Assembly (NCBI GenBank): GCA_950097015.1
Contig: CATNEN010000038.1
Location: 23,374,001 to 23,438,000, forward strand
Length of the DNA: 64,000 nucleotides
Source of the DNA: Macrostomum hystrix
Taxonomy: Eukaryota; Animalia; Platyhelminthes
Reading direction: 5' to 3'
Below, in pieces: positions 63,310-64,000 of the stretch. A program made the translations under genes and the position numbers. A model generated the notes under the pieces. That model saw only the letters and a program-made list of their open reading frames with translations. It had not been told where the DNA came from and made no database searches. The stretch's first letter is position 1. Each line of letters opens with the position of its first letter.

Positions 63310-63650
63310 AACACTTCGGCCTGGAACTGCAGCTGCGAAGCGGCCTGGTTGGCTAATTTAGCATCCAACTCACTCGCCGGAGCAGTTTGTGCTCAACCAA
63401 CCGAGCTTCGAGGCCGTTCGATTATTGGATTGAACTTTACCGCGACAGACTCGGCTGTTGCTGCTGCTGCTGGTTTCACTCCGCTGGGCTGCAGTGCGCC
63501 TAGGATTGCCAACTTCTCTGACAAGGCCGGCTATGCTGTTGGAGACACGGCGCGCCTGCTGTGTCGCGTTGTGGCCAACCCACCCGCCTGCGTCACCTGG
63601 ACTACTAATAGGGGCGACAATGCTACGATGAAGCCTAAGATGCTGCACCT
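63310..63650 (+). CDS. LRR-Ig protein, exon 2 (LRRCT plus start of the Ig domain); gene continues beyond the window
   Basis: Acceptor GGCAG|. Encodes WNCSCEAAWL..CAQPTELRG (LRRCT), then PRI..VGDTARLLCRVVANPPACVTW (I-set Ig). Donor CT|GTGAGC. Confidence 0.82.
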
Positions 63651-63689
63651 GTGAGCTTCCGATTGGGGAGGACTTGCTGAAAATGAGGG

Positions 63690-64000
63690 TGACAGATGTA
63701 GGGTGGGAGTGACATGTAGGGTGAGTGACAGATGTAAGGTGAGAGTGAGGGAGTGGCAGAAGTAGGGTGAGAGTGAGGGAGTGACAGAAGTAGGGTGAGA
63801 GTGAGGGAGTGACAGAAGTAGGGTGAGAGTGAGGGAGTGACAGAAGTAGGGTGAGAGTGAGGGAGTGACGGAAGTAGGGTGAGAGTGAGTGAGTGACGGA
63901 AGTAGGGTGAGAGTGAGGGAGTGACAGAAGTAGGGTGAGAGTGAGGGAGTGACGGAAGTAGGGGGAGAGTGAGTGAGTGACAGATATAGGAGGGTGAGAG
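63690..64000. repeat. 28-bp minisatellite GTGACAGAAGTAGGGTGAGAGTGAGGGA (runs off the window)
   Basis: Read directly. Confidence 0.92.

Overview
Eukaryotic, animal-type genomic DNA with GT-AG introns. Roughly 45% of the window (my estimate, about 29 kb) is tandem mini/microsatellite, in more than 20 arrays with mostly different 7-42 bp units. This architecture resembles the flatworm Macrostomum lignano, but the species call is inference only. Most long ORFs in the supplied track are artefacts of these arrays. Genes supported by hand-splicing: (1) a CREB/CREM/ATF1-family bZIP exon (+, 263-1126); (2) a 4-exon naked cuticle (nkd) homologue on the minus strand (24474->7766) that the ORF track breaks into unlinked pieces, with introns filled by satellites, SINEs and a hAT MITE; (3) a 2-exon orphan (+, 36455-37325); (4) two tandem intronless Zn-finger/coiled-coil/NHL-like propeller paralogues (-), one with a 1-nt frameshift; (5) a 4-exon SEC14-like CRAL-TRIO+GOLD gene (+, 44910-50558); (6) a 734-aa polyQ orphan (-); (7) the first exons of an LRR-LRRCT-Ig receptor-like gene (+, from 61381). 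Mobile elements are two tRNA-derived SINE families (one with a conserved hairpin showing one compensatory pair), a hAT MITE carrying a satellite, and a possible solo LTR. The most speculative leads are a TCF+Helper site upstream of nkd, an intronic satellite in nkd carrying about 170 TCF-like sites, satellite birth inside a MITE, and splice acceptors just before ATGs (possible SL trans-splicing or an operon). No CRISPR array, rRNA or intact tRNA was found.
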